A stretch of 64,000 nt of DNA, from NCBI GenBank assembly GCA_965238275.1, contig OZ250186.1:1824001-1888000 (forward strand). The letters are read 5' to 3'. Each line of letters opens with the position of its first letter. Position 1 is the first letter of the stretch. Positions 40,547 through 50,364 of the stretch are shown piece by piece. Source of the stretch: Nitrosopumilus sp. GTDB taxonomy: Archaea; Thermoproteota; Nitrososphaeria; Nitrososphaerales; Nitrosopumilaceae. The position numbers were made by a program, and so were the translations under genes. The notes under the pieces were generated by a model that saw only the letters and a list, made by a program, of their open reading frames with translations, was not told the DNA's origin and did no database searches.

Positions 40547-41501
40547 TTCTTTTGATCATCCCGGAGTCTTTCCCGGCATCATTCCCGCCCATGGTCAGGT
40601 ATCCTTCGGTTATTATGCCGTTGGCGCCGCTCTGCAGCAGCTCCTCGCCGGAGTCTGCAAGACGCGTCTCCCTCCCCCCGGATATCTTGATTATTGATTC
40701 TGGCAGCAGGAACCGGATGACTGAGAACATCCGGACGATCTCGTGGTTTGGGAGTGCCGTCTGCAGCTCAAGCGGCGTTCCCGGTACGGGCACCAGGATG
40801 TTTATCGTGACCTCTTCTGGGTGCAGTCCTGCCAGCTCCAGCGCAAGCTCCAGCCTCTGTCCCCTGCTCTCCCCAAGGCCGATTATTCCGCCGGTGCACA
40901 GTTCCAGGCCGGCCCTGCGGGCAGTATGCAGGGTGTCAAGCCGGTCGTCATACGTGTGGGTTGTGCAGATGTCATGAAACTTTGATCTTGCAGTCTCTAG
41001 GTTGTGGTTGTACCTCCTCACGCCCAGATCCTTGAGTCTTTCTGCCTGATCCGCGCTCAGGAATCCAAGGCTGCACTCTATGCCGATTGGAATGCAGCGG
41101 ATGGCCTCGATTATCCGGCACACCTTCTCAAAGTCTGCCGGGGACGGCCTCCTCCACGCAGCCACCAGGCAGTATGATGATGCGCCCTGTTCATGGGCCC
41201 TTTTGGCCCTGTCAAGTATCTCCTGCGGTTCGGGAAGCTGGTATGATTCAATCCCGGTATCATAAAAGGCGGACTGTCCGCAGAACGAGCAGTCCTCGCT
41301 GCATGCGTTCTTTTTGATGTTGTTGAGCTGCTCCACGTCAACCCTGTCTCCGTTAAATTTCCGGGTAATGGCGTCAGCTGCGCATGCAAGATCCCGCAGC
41401 TGCCCGTCGGGAACATAAAACAGCATCCTTGCCTCCTCTGCAGATATTCCCGCCCCGGAGGTCACCTTGTCTTGGCAGGCCGTTATGAACTCCGCACCCA
41501 T
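40530..41501 (-). CDS. bioB: Biotin synthase
   Basis: CSEDCSFCGQS radical SAM motif, YNHNLET, CTGGIIGLGE. Confidence 0.95.
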   Translation of the reverse strand: MGAEFITACQDKVTSGAGISAEEARMLFYVPDGQLRDLACAADAITRKFNGDRVDVEQLNNIKKNACSEDCSFCGQSAFYDTGIESYQLPEPQEILDRAKRAHEQGASSYCLVAAWRRPSPADFEKVCRIIEAIRCIPIGIECSLGFLSADQAERLKDLGVRRYNHNLETARSKFHDICTTHTYDDRLDTLHTARRAGLELCTGGIIGLGESRGQRLELALELAGLHPEEVTINILVPVPGTPLELQTALPNHEIVRMFSVIRFLLPESIIKISGGRETRLADSGEELLQSGANGIITEGYLTMGGNDAGKDSGMIKRIGLKA

Positions 41502-41573
41502 AAAGTGCGTGGTGCTTTTCCATTTATAATGATACTGGAAAGGTTAACCTGCCTGTGGCACCCCGGTTAACCG

Positions 41574-42890
41574 TCAGAGGATTCTGGCAGAGGCGGTACG
41601 GACGGTCCGAAGCGCCCTCTCAAGAAGGGTGTGCAGCTCGGATTCTGAGATTGCCAGGGGCGGTACCAGCAGAAGGATGTTGCCAAGGGATCTCAGGTAG
41701 ATTCCATGCCTTCTTCCCTCCTCGAACAGTATCTTGTTGAGGGATGTCTTGGAGGTTATTGGGGTCTTTTTCCTCTTGTCTGATACCAGTTCTATTCCCA
41801 TCAGCATTCCCTTGTGCCTTACGTCCCCCACCATCTCGTGCGCCAGGAGGCCCTGCCGGTACTCTTCAAATATTTTGGACGTCTTTTGGATCCGCTCAAT
41901 CAGGCGTCTTTTGCGGTACATTTTGAGATTCCTGACTGCAACGGCGGCTGCTATCGGGTTTCCCGTGTACGTGTGGCCGTGGAACATGTGCCGTGCATCC
42001 TCAAATTCTCCAAGAAAAGAGTCATAGACCCTGCTGTTTGCAAGCGTGGCTGCCATGGTAAGGTACCCCCCGGTCAGCATCTTGCCGTATGCCACAATGT
42101 CAGGGGTGCATCCCTGTTCGGCGTACTGGACCATCGAGCCAAGCCTGCCAAACCCGGTGGCAATCTCATCGAGTACCAGCAGCACGCCATGCTTCCGGCA
42201 CATCCTGCCTATCTCCCTTTGAAACCCTTCAGGGTAGATTCTTACGCCTCCTGCAACCTGGGCGCCGCTCTCCATTACAAATGCGGCAGTGTCATCCCTG
42301 GACAGTACGGACTCTATCATGTCCAGGCAACGGTGCTTATCCTCAGAAGGGGTGAGTCCCCGAGGGGTGCGGTATCCGTCAGGGACGGGCAGGCGCGTGG
42401 CTGGGAACAGCTGTCGTTTGAACCTGCCAAAGAATTCCGGAACGTATCCGACGGACATTGCGCCAAACGTGTCCCCGTGGTATCCGTTCCTGAGCGTGGC
42501 GATTCGGGTTCTCTTCTCCCCGGCGTTATTCCAGTACTGCAGTGCCATCTTTATGGCAACCTCCATTGCCGCAGAGCCGTTATCCGAGTAAAACACCCTG
42601 TGCATTCCAGGCGAGATGCCTATGAGGCCGGCTGCCAGGTCTTCTGCAGGCCCGTGGGTCAGATTGAACAGGGGGGTGTGCTGCATCCTTTTAGCCTGCG
42701 AGATTATGGTGCCGACAAGTTCTGCATCCGAGTGGCCCCATACGTTGCACCACATGGAGGCCACGGCGTCTATCATGCGTCTCCTGTGGGAGTCTACAAG
42801 CCAGACGCCCTTTGCGCTGGTAATCCTGTCAAAGGACTCCCACTCGCTCATCTGCGTGTTCGGATGCCAGACAAAGCTAGTATCGTTCAA
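41574..42890 (-). CDS. bioA: DAPA aminotransferase
   Basis: VWHPNTQ, EVAIKMA, YHGDT, DEIATGFGR, GKMLTGG, HGHTY. Confidence 0.95.
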   Translation of the reverse strand: MNDTSFVWHPNTQMSEWESFDRITSAKGVWLVDSHRRRMIDAVASMWCNVWGHSDAELVGTIISQAKRMQHTPLFNLTHGPAEDLAAGLIGISPGMHRVFYSDNGSAAMEVAIKMALQYWNNAGEKRTRIATLRNGYHGDTFGAMSVGYVPEFFGRFKRQLFPATRLPVPDGYRTPRGLTPSEDKHRCLDMIESVLSRDDTAAFVMESGAQVAGGVRIYPEGFQREIGRMCRKHGVLLVLDEIATGFGRLGSMVQYAEQGCTPDIVAYGKMLTGGYLTMAATLANSRVYDSFLGEFEDARHMFHGHTYTGNPIAAAVAVRNLKMYRKRRLIERIQKTSKIFEEYRQGLLAHEMVGDVRHKGMLMGIELVSDKRKKTPITSKTSLNKILFEEGRRHGIYLRSLGNILLLVPPLAISESELHTLLERALRTVRTASARIL

Positions 42891-43055
42891 ACAGTATTGG
42901 TGGGGGCATTCCTCCTAATAATTATAGTTGGCCGCACGCCCGGGTAACGGCAGATGCGGACATGCCAGGTTTTCAGTGCGGCCCGGGCACAGGCGGGATA
43001 ACCACTCGGATAATAATCAGTAGGATTTTAACGGATTGCGTCGACAGGAAACATC

Positions 43056-43772
43056 GTGGATTCGCTTTTTGTCACGGGAACAGACACCGGGGTGGGCAAG
43101 ACGCATGTTGCAGCAGGCCTTGCCATCACCCTCAGGATGATGGGGATAGACGTAGGCGTGATGAAGCCGTTTGCCACAGGGGATGCCCAAAAGTCAGGCT
43201 TCAAGTCGCAGGATGCAGACATTCTTCGCCGGGCTGCACAGTCTGATGATTCAGAATCCCTGATAAATCCGCAGTTCTTTCCAATCCAGGCGTCCCCGTA
43301 TACTGCCCGGATGAATCTGGGGATGAATCCGGATGTAGGGGCCGTCATAGAAAGATACAGGAGGCTGGCCAAGATTCACGACACGGTCGTTGTGGAGGGG
43401 ATTGGCGGGGTGATGACTCCCATATTGGAGGAATATTTTGTCGCAAACCTGATTGCAGAGATGGGCATACCTGCGGTTGTGGTTGCAGGCAGCAAGGTCG
43501 GAACCATAAACCACACGGTCATGACATGCATAGCATGCCAGAGGCATGGGGTCAGCATCAAGGGGATAATCATTAATGATTTTGCCGGCGGCGGGTATCC
43601 CGTATCGGATCTGTCAAGGGATCTTGAAGCCCTGACCGGAGTACGGGTTCTGGGCTCGGTTCCGTTCATAGAGGACATGACCGATGATGATGATGCCATG
43701 TATGAGGCCTTCAGGAGCAGTCTTGATGTGAGGGGCATCATTCAGGACAACAACCCATCCTCGGGTGTTTAG
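43056..43772 (+). CDS. bioD: Dethiobiotin synthetase
   Basis: FVTGTDTGVGKT, KP, VEGIGG, GTINH. Confidence 0.95.
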   Translation: MDSLFVTGTDTGVGKTHVAAGLAITLRMMGIDVGVMKPFATGDAQKSGFKSQDADILRRAAQSDDSESLINPQFFPIQASPYTARMNLGMNPDVGAVIERYRRLAKIHDTVVVEGIGGVMTPILEEYFVANLIAEMGIPAVVVAGSKVGTINHTVMTCIACQRHGVSIKGIIINDFAGGGYPVSDLSRDLEALTGVRVLGSVPFIEDMTDDDDAMYEAFRSSLDVRGIIQDNNPSSGV

Positions 43773-44175
43773 GGACTGCATGCGGTGCGTGGCAACCTGC
43801 AATGCCGGCAGACAGATGTCTGCGTTGTTGCAGGCGCATGGGGAACGGGCCCGGCCACGACTGCCTGCGTCAGTACGACAGATCATGCGGGGCACATGTG
43901 GATTCTCAAAACCGAGACAGTGATTCCAAGACAGACTCCGGAAAATTCATTCTGCAAGAGTGTGGTGTAATACGACACGGAATGGAATTAGGCATATTCT
44001 GTCATATTGCCAGATACCGTACCGCACCAGACTGTGCAACAGCAGTCTATGCAATGCCATGCAGGGCCACGTAACAGGGGGTTTTTGCAGGATCATGTGA
44101 TGCGTACTCGTACGTAAATTCGAGAACAAAAGGCCAACAGAAGAAATAATAGTAAAAAAATGTCCATCATGCATC

Positions 44176-44406
44176 ATGCACGAGGAGAGAACCCGAAGCA
44201 ACTGGTGGTTTTTGCTGCCAATATTAGTCGGGGCGCTTGGAGGAATTATTGCATATTTTGTACTGAGGCGTGATGATCCGCAAAAGGCAAAAAAATGCCT
44301 GTATCTGGGTCTTGGCCTTACGGCGCTGCAGTTGGTGCTAAACATAGCGTTCATGTATAGTCCAGCAGGCATTGATTACTATCCGGGCGTATCCACTGGA
44401 TTCTAA
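44176..44406 (+). CDS. Small two-TM membrane protein
   Basis: RSNWWFLLPI..GGIIAYF..RRDDP.KAK pattern common in Thaumarchaeota. Confidence 0.7.
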   Translation: MHEERTRSNWWFLLPILVGALGGIIAYFVLRRDDPQKAKKCLYLGLGLTALQLVLNIAFMYSPAGIDYYPGVSTGF

Positions 44407-44460
44407 ATGACAGGATGTTTCAGAATCGCAGCATCCAAAAATCATGTCGTTGCCCGCCTA

Positions 44461-44610
44461 TACTAACGCGCCAAAGTTCGTGTGCGAATAATCGAAAAGT
44501 TTGTAGATCAGAACTCATTCCAGCGACACATGGACGACATTAAACGGGAAGAACTCGAAAAGGCGTGCAAAAAGGCGAGTCGGGCGAGAAAGACTGTGAG
44601 ATCAGGATCG
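44461..44610 (+). mobile_element. IS630-family left-end remnant
   Basis: TA + TACTAACGCGCCAAAGTT resembles the IR of the intact copy; MDDIKREELEKACKK resembles MDETKQEELEKAYKK. Confidence 0.7.
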
Positions 44611-44654
44611 CCGCTGATATGGAGGCAACGTCGACGACGATGATCGGCATGATC

Positions 44655-45169
44655 GTTTTTGTTCATCTTTTCACAGTTGCCATACTTTGGTGTTTTTCTC
44701 ATATAAGCGGCTGTGTGTTCTACTTGGAGTTTTCATCTTTTGCCTATAGAATATTGGGCGCACGTGACTCCCGAGTTCTGCAATCTCTTGGATGTGTACA
44801 GGACATACTGGAGAAGCAAGTTCATGAGGGGGGCTTTTCCCAAGATGCTGTTTCTGATTCAAACTGGCACAGGATGTCATAGCCGTCAACATCATGGATC
44901 TGCGTATCCATTGTTTTTGTTCATCTTTTCACAGTTGCCATACTTTGGTGTTTTTCTCATATAAGCGGCTGTGTGTTCTACTTGGAGTTTTCATCTTTTG
45001 CCTATAGAATATTGGGCGCACGTGACTCCCGAGTTCTGCAATCTCTTGGATGTGTACAGGACATACTGGAGAAGCAAGTTCATGAGGGGGGCTTTTCCCA
45101 AGATGCTGTTTCTGATTCAAACTGGCACAGGATGTCATAGCCGTCAACATCATGGATCTGCGTATCCAT
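44655..45169 (+). repeat. Exact tandem duplication, period 258 bp
   Basis: 44655-44911 matches 44913-45169; identical ORFs appear in the six-frame track. Confidence 0.93.
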
Positions 45170-45391
45170 GCAGATCCCCTCACATACGTATTCAAAGGAG
45201 CGATGGCGTTCCGTCTCAGCGAATGCACCCTTTGATTTTATTATGGTGCAGTCCCCCTGCTCTTCATCCTCTGGAATCATAAACATTATCAGGGGCGCGG
45301 TAATCATCACTACGGTAGGAAGTGCCCATATCGCCAGCACAAGTGCAGCAAGCATCAGCACGCCGCCGATAACTACCTTCTTGTATACCAT
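45080..45391 (-). CDS. Membrane-anchored Cys-containing protein, probably disrupted
   Basis: MVYKK + long hydrophobic segment; stop lies inside the duplicated unit. Confidence 0.5.
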   Translation of the reverse strand: MVYKKVVIGGVLMLAALVLAIWALPTVVMITAPLIMFMIPEDEEQGDCTIIKSKGAFAETERHRSFEYVCEGICMDTQIHDVDGYDILCQFESETASWEKPPS

Positions 45392-45687
45392 GATACCATT
45401 AATGGAAAAAGGGTCGGTCAGATCGTAAAGGTCAACGTTAAGATCGGTGATTTTTACGAACCTAAACCTATTGGGAAAACCGCATTGTTCACCATCGCGA
45501 TACGCATTTGTAGATATAACGCCAAAGGAATCCATCTGTTCGACATTGTGGCACCTGCTGTGGCTGTTTCGGAGAAAGGCCAAGACACTCGAGGAGAGCT
45601 CACCTGATTTGGAAACTCGAAAAAATACTTTAAAACCTTTGATTTGCACTATTGTCTTTTTGAATAAGTATTCTTTTTTTTTACATA

Positions 45688-46743
45688 TCACTGCGTAAAA
45701 ACAATATTTCTTCCAAGCTGTTCAAGTATCTTGTAGATAAGATGCTTGACAATGAGATAGTCTGATTCATTTTTTATCAATGGCGATAGTCCCGCAAGCC
45801 TGTTCTGTCCAGTCATCATTATCTTGAACATTGTCTCTATCCTGTCAAATATTGACGGTTCCAAAACGTCTTGGAACTGCTCTGCTATCTTTTTCAGCTC
45901 CCCCATTAGATTTGAATGAGTTTGCGAGAATTTAGAAATATCTTTGGATTCTTTTCTCCTGTCTTCTAGGCTTGGCTCTTTACCTAGGCTTGGCAGATTT
46001 TGCCCGTCTTTTAGCTCCTTGAGCCTGTCCATGTTCTGTTCCAATAAGACAAGAATCATCTCTATCATGTCTTTAGCAAAGCCCTTTCTGCGTATATTGA
46101 AATTAACGTCAATTGCCTGAGCAATACCATCATAGTTGTAGTCTTGATAGGAATGTCTATACTGTTTTTCAATCTTTCTTTGAAGTTCCTTTTCATTTGA
46201 TTTATCAGAGTAAAGAAAATAATCTGCAAGTGAGAGCCCAATGGCGACTGGAATGCTCAAAGATACGTCTTTGCCGCTCTTAACTTCCTGTTCGTCATCG
46301 TCAACTATGTTGAGATAAACCTCCTTGGGAAACTGCTCTGTTGCTAGAAAACTGGCTTCGGTAGAGGCAATTTGCCTGTGTGCAATGTCTTGGGGAATGG
46401 GGATTGAGATCGGCATTCGCTTCTTGTCTTCTGGTCCAGAAAGAACCTGCCATACCGGTTTCTCATTTTTGTCATACAGTGGGACTTGCATTCCTTCAAT
46501 TGAGGAGATGTGTCTTGTTTGTCGTTCTATGATGTTTTGATGTATTATGATAGAGTCAGGCAGGAATGCCTTTTCCTCCACTATGACATAGTTCCTGTCA
46601 GTTACAAAATATGCCTGGCTTTCACATGAGTAAAAAAAGCCAGAGCCCGCATTTGCAATTACGCTTGGCTTGCCGCCTTTGCCATACTGTACAGCGTTGA
46701 ATCGTGCCACCTTACCGTACATCTGAATTATTGGAAACCTCAA
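45688..46743 (-). CDS. Degenerate trypsin-like N-terminal barrel fused to helical domain
   Basis: GSGFFY..YFVTDRNYV..PDS..PLYD...PVW resembles Trypsin_2 N-lobe but lacks His and GxSG; AT-rich. Confidence 0.6.
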   Translation of the reverse strand: MRFPIIQMYGKVARFNAVQYGKGGKPSVIANAGSGFFYSCESQAYFVTDRNYVIVEEKAFLPDSIIIHQNIIERQTRHISSIEGMQVPLYDKNEKPVWQVLSGPEDKKRMPISIPIPQDIAHRQIASTEASFLATEQFPKEVYLNIVDDDEQEVKSGKDVSLSIPVAIGLSLADYFLYSDKSNEKELQRKIEKQYRHSYQDYNYDGIAQAIDVNFNIRRKGFAKDMIEMILVLLEQNMDRLKELKDGQNLPSLGKEPSLEDRRKESKDISKFSQTHSNLMGELKKIAEQFQDVLEPSIFDRIETMFKIMMTGQNRLAGLSPLIKNESDYLIVKHLIYKILEQLGRNIVFTQ

Positions 46744-46790
46744 GGTGTTTTCCTGTTAGTAGTCATGTAAAACAAGATAATATTCTTTTC

Positions 46791-47708
46791 TATTGACTGT
46801 CTAACTTGCCATGTATAGCATCCGCAAACATGCCGGTTTTCACCATTTGTCAAAAGCCTGGACTTCCTTTTCAAACCAGCTATTTTGGCGGCGGGTTGAC
46901 AGGAATTCGATATTCCCATGGGCCTTCTACAATCACCAGCTTTGCAGGATGCATTGGTTCTATCGGCGTCATGAATGGAGGTTCTCACCAAACTCAGACA
47001 CTTCTGCAGGCACCAAGGCGGCAGCCGACGGCGCGTACGACACCCAGAAGATCCGCAGGTACTGCGACGAGCAGGGAATCGAGCCGCTGATTCCCGTCCG
47101 CATCGACTTTGCCGGAAAGGCGAACGGGTGCATGCCCCGCAAGGAGGCAGGATTCAGGCAGCTGGGGGACCTGGACTGCATGGACAAGACGGCAGAACGC
47201 AAGTTTCAGGCCTCACGCGCGAACAAAAGAGGGAATTCCAGAAGGCGTGGCGCAGGGAGTCAGGGTACAACGACCGGTGGTCAGTCGAGATTGTATTTTC
47301 CACGTTGCGGGTGTTGGGCGAGTGCATAAGCGCGCGCAAGTGGGAGAACCAGGCCGAGATATACGGAAAGGTGCAGCCTACAACCAGATGATCGATACTG
47401 CAATCGACAACGGGTACGGCACGCCTGTGCAAGTGCAGGCCCGGCCAAAGGACTGCAAGGGAAGGGGGCAAGACGACGACGTAGGCAGAATGAAAAATCT
47501 GTGTCGAGCGTAATTAGGAAACAGAGTTTATTGACTGTCTAACTTGCCATGTATAGCATCCGCAAACATGCCGGTTTTCACCATTTGTCAAAAGCCTGGA
47601 CTTCCTTTTCAAACCAGCTATTTTGGCGGCGGGTTGACAGGAATTCGTGGGCCTTCTACAATCACCAGCTTTGCAGGATGATCTATCGGCGTCATGAATG
47701 GAGGTTCT
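46791..47708 (+). repeat. Direct repeat pair: 46791-46985 (195 bp) and 47529-47708 (180 bp)
   Basis: Near-identical; second copy has 9-bp and net 6-bp deletions. Confidence 0.92.
46986..47526 (+). pseudogene. IS5-family transposase 3' fragment, frameshifted
   Basis: ADGAYD, PLIP, W..ESGY..RWSVEIVFS, AYN motifs spread across frames. Confidence 0.8.
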
Positions 47709-48937
47709 GTAGGCGGTGGCACCAGATCAAGTGCATTTCTCTTTTGCTTCAGCCAGTAAATTTCCTTTATGGTTATGACCACCTCCCTTGCATTACTGTC
47801 AAGTGCAGGTGCAAAAAACCGTTCCCATGAAAAATTCGAAATGATCTCTCTTGTGATCGGGTCAGGTCCGCTGGAACCGCCACCGCCTCCCTCGCCCCCC
47901 ATTATTGCAGGGTACTGGTTTCCCAGGTCATCTTTTATCTCAATAACAGGCATTAGATTATCACTGATTCTCGTCATATCTCGCATCTTGTTCATCTTTT
48001 GCGGGTCACCAAAGTCTGATTCGGGAACCTTTACCCGCTGGTGAGAGTACCAGATTAGCTTCATCCTGCCAGAGTATACTTCCAGCGAGGGAATAATAAA
48101 TTCAGTGTCTTCAACAGACAGCTGTTTTGAGATGGGAATTACGTTTACCAGGTTTTTTGACCTAAACCCTGGTGGCTCGAACATTTCTAAAATGTCTGCA
48201 TTTTCAAACTTAAACTTGGTGTCCTCTGTTATCCTCCAAAATTCCTTGCCTTCAGGGCTTGCAGCAAATATTGCAGACTGGAGTGCTCTTGGAAAAAATG
48301 ATTCGGGTCGCCTAGGACGATTTGGCCGCCTTGCATTTTGTTGGCTGCTTTCTTGTCTTTGTTGCATCTCCTTTTGCTTTTCTTCGAGCCATTTCTGTTG
48401 AAAAGGAATGTTTATTCTGTCGCCTTTCGAGATTATGAAATCTTGAACCTCGTCATAGTCTAGATTATCTTGGTATTGTGGCATCATCTTTTCAGCCAAA
48501 TCTATTGTGGCAAGGGTTACGGTCTGTGCATTGCATACGTTTTCTGCGCTTCCTTGGAACCCCGGAAACTTGGATATTGTGGCTGTTCTTTGCAAATCCA
48601 TCGTCTGGTCTACGTTGCATGATACCGGACCGTAAATGATTGCCCTGGGTGGAAACTGCATCTTTTTTTTGGGATTGTTCAGGTATTCCACCACCGGGTC
48701 CGGAGACAAAGCCGCAAGCTCTTCTAACTCGCCCGGATCTGCTTGAAGGCAGACTGCGGCAGTACTTTTTGTGTTGCCGCTTACTTTGACTACATCTCCC
48801 TGTTTTATGCCAAGACTCTGCATGTGGCGCGGTTCAATCTTTACTATTGTTTTACAGTTGTTGTCTTTTTCATCTATCTTTGTCCTTCTAGGATACACAA
48901 GTCTGAACTCAATTGAGTCGTTGTTTTCTTTTGCCAT
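47618..48937 (-). CDS. CDC48/VAT N-domain protein without AAA+ module, fused to C-terminal beta-sandwich-like domain
   Basis: MQSLGIKQGDVVKVSG.KSTAA, AQTVTLA, KGDRINIPF, P....RITEDTKF; no Walker A; C-terminal IKDDLGNQY..GGGG..F.PAL. Confidence 0.7.
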   Translation of the reverse strand: MAKENNDSIEFRLVYPRRTKIDEKDNNCKTIVKIEPRHMQSLGIKQGDVVKVSGNTKSTAAVCLQADPGELEELAALSPDPVVEYLNNPKKKMQFPPRAIIYGPVSCNVDQTMDLQRTATISKFPGFQGSAENVCNAQTVTLATIDLAEKMMPQYQDNLDYDEVQDFIISKGDRINIPFQQKWLEEKQKEMQQRQESSQQNARRPNRPRRPESFFPRALQSAIFAASPEGKEFWRITEDTKFKFENADILEMFEPPGFRSKNLVNVIPISKQLSVEDTEFIIPSLEVYSGRMKLIWYSHQRVKVPESDFGDPQKMNKMRDMTRISDNLMPVIEIKDDLGNQYPAIMGGEGGGGGSSGPDPITREIISNFSWERFFAPALDSNAREVVITIKEIYWLKQKRNALDLVPPPTEPPFMTPIDHPAKLVIVEGPRIPVNPPPK

Positions 48938-48988
48938 TTGACATCCTCTACCCATCTGGATTATCTGGGATGGACATATTTCAAGCTA

Positions 48989-49120
48989 TACTGACGATCA
49001 AAAGTTCGTGCACAGTGTCTCATATTTTCGGCCGGCAAATTTGAGAATGTCAAGATTGAACCTGATGGTTCGATAATATAACGAAACGGCACGTGCATGT
49101 CTTGAAATGTCCGGTAATAA
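48989..49120 (-). mobile_element. IS630-family right-end remnant
   Basis: TA + TACTGACGATCAAAAGTT; minus strand reads YYRTFQDMH, like YYKTFLDMH of the intact copy. Confidence 0.7.
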
Positions 49121-49223
49121 ATTTTATAGAAATACGGGGGGTAACGTTTGGTTGGCTATGCGACATAATTTGTGACCGGCGGGCGGCCAAAACATGCCTT
49201 GAACCATCCAAGGAGATGGCAAC

Positions 49224-49254
<31 letters not shown>

Positions 49255-50346
49255 TAGTGGCGATCAAAAGTTCTTGCAAAATAATTCAGCTTTTCTGCTA
49301 AAGTATTTGATCAAATCCAGATTAAATCTTGCAGTTCGATAATACTGGGAGATGGCCCTGTGCATGTCCAAGAAGGTTTTGTAGTATTCTGAGACAAGCA
49401 GGTTCCGTTTTCCCTGGTGCCAGCATTCTTCCACGGCGTTGAGATACGGTGAGCCTTTTGGCAGGTATATGATCCTGATGTTCCTGTTTTTGCGCAGCAG
49501 CGTCCGGACGGCTTTTGCGCGGTGTGGGGACGCCCTGTCCACCATGACGGCCACCTTCCCAAAATGCCTCTGCATGGCCTTGAGATACGCAACAAAAGTG
49601 GGCGCGTTAAACCCGCTGGCAGTCCTGAAGAACTGCCTGCCGTCCGTCGTGATTGAACCGTACACGGCAATTCTTTTGTGGCTTCCCGTGTATGGTACGG
49701 TTATTGGCACCCCCACAGGCGACCAATACTTGCGGCCCGATTTTACGTCGTGTATGAAGAACGCCTCGTCTTGCACGGCCAGGACAAAACCGTCCTTTTC
49801 TAGGCGTGAAATTCTCTTTTTGAGGCGATATTGCCAACTTTTTACGGCCGTTTTGGTGGCCCTGTTGATGTGGATCTTTTGCGACCCCTTGGGAGACAGG
49901 CCATATTTTTGCATGATTTTCCTGACATTCGTCCTGTGCATCTTTGTTCCCGTTTCCCTGTGTATGACCTGCTGCAGTTCGGCAGGAGTGGTCTTGAACC
50001 GGTCTACCTTGTCCAGTATGCCGTCCATCGCTTCCGGCGAAATCTTGGGCGGCCTGCCGGATCTGGGAAGATCCCGGAGGCCTTCGAGGCCTCCTTCCTC
50101 GTATCTGCGCATCCAGCGGTATACCCACCGGTCAGCCTGCAAGAGAATGTCTGCGGTATCGCTTATGCTCATCTTGCGCACGTGTACCATGTGCACTGCA
50201 AGCATTCTGACACGCACCCTGCCGTCTTTTTCCTTTTTGTACGCCTTTTCGAGTTCTTCCTGTTTTGTTTCGTCCATACTGCGTTCAAGGATCACAGATC
50301 TACATAGTTTTCGGGCAGAATTTGTCAAAACTTTTGCGCGTCACTA
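49255..50346 (-). mobile_element. Complete IS630-family element
   Basis: 18-bp TIR TAGTGGCGATCAAAAGTT / TAGTGACGCGCAAAAGTT (3 mismatches); TA TSD at 49253-54 and 50347-48. Confidence 0.93.
49264..50278 (-). CDS. IS630 DDE transposase
   Basis: HTH + RSGRPPK, QDEA, VDRASPH, LPKGSPYLNAVEECW; likely start MDETKQ. Confidence 0.93.
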
Positions 50347-50364
50347 TAGTAGTAGTAATTATGG

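Noticed and set aside
41814-42947. 377-aa plus-strand ORF
   Set aside because: Antisense to bioA; such shadows are common at this GC content
44461-49006. Composite transposon bounded by the two IS630 remnants
   Set aside because: The IRs are in direct, not inverted, orientation
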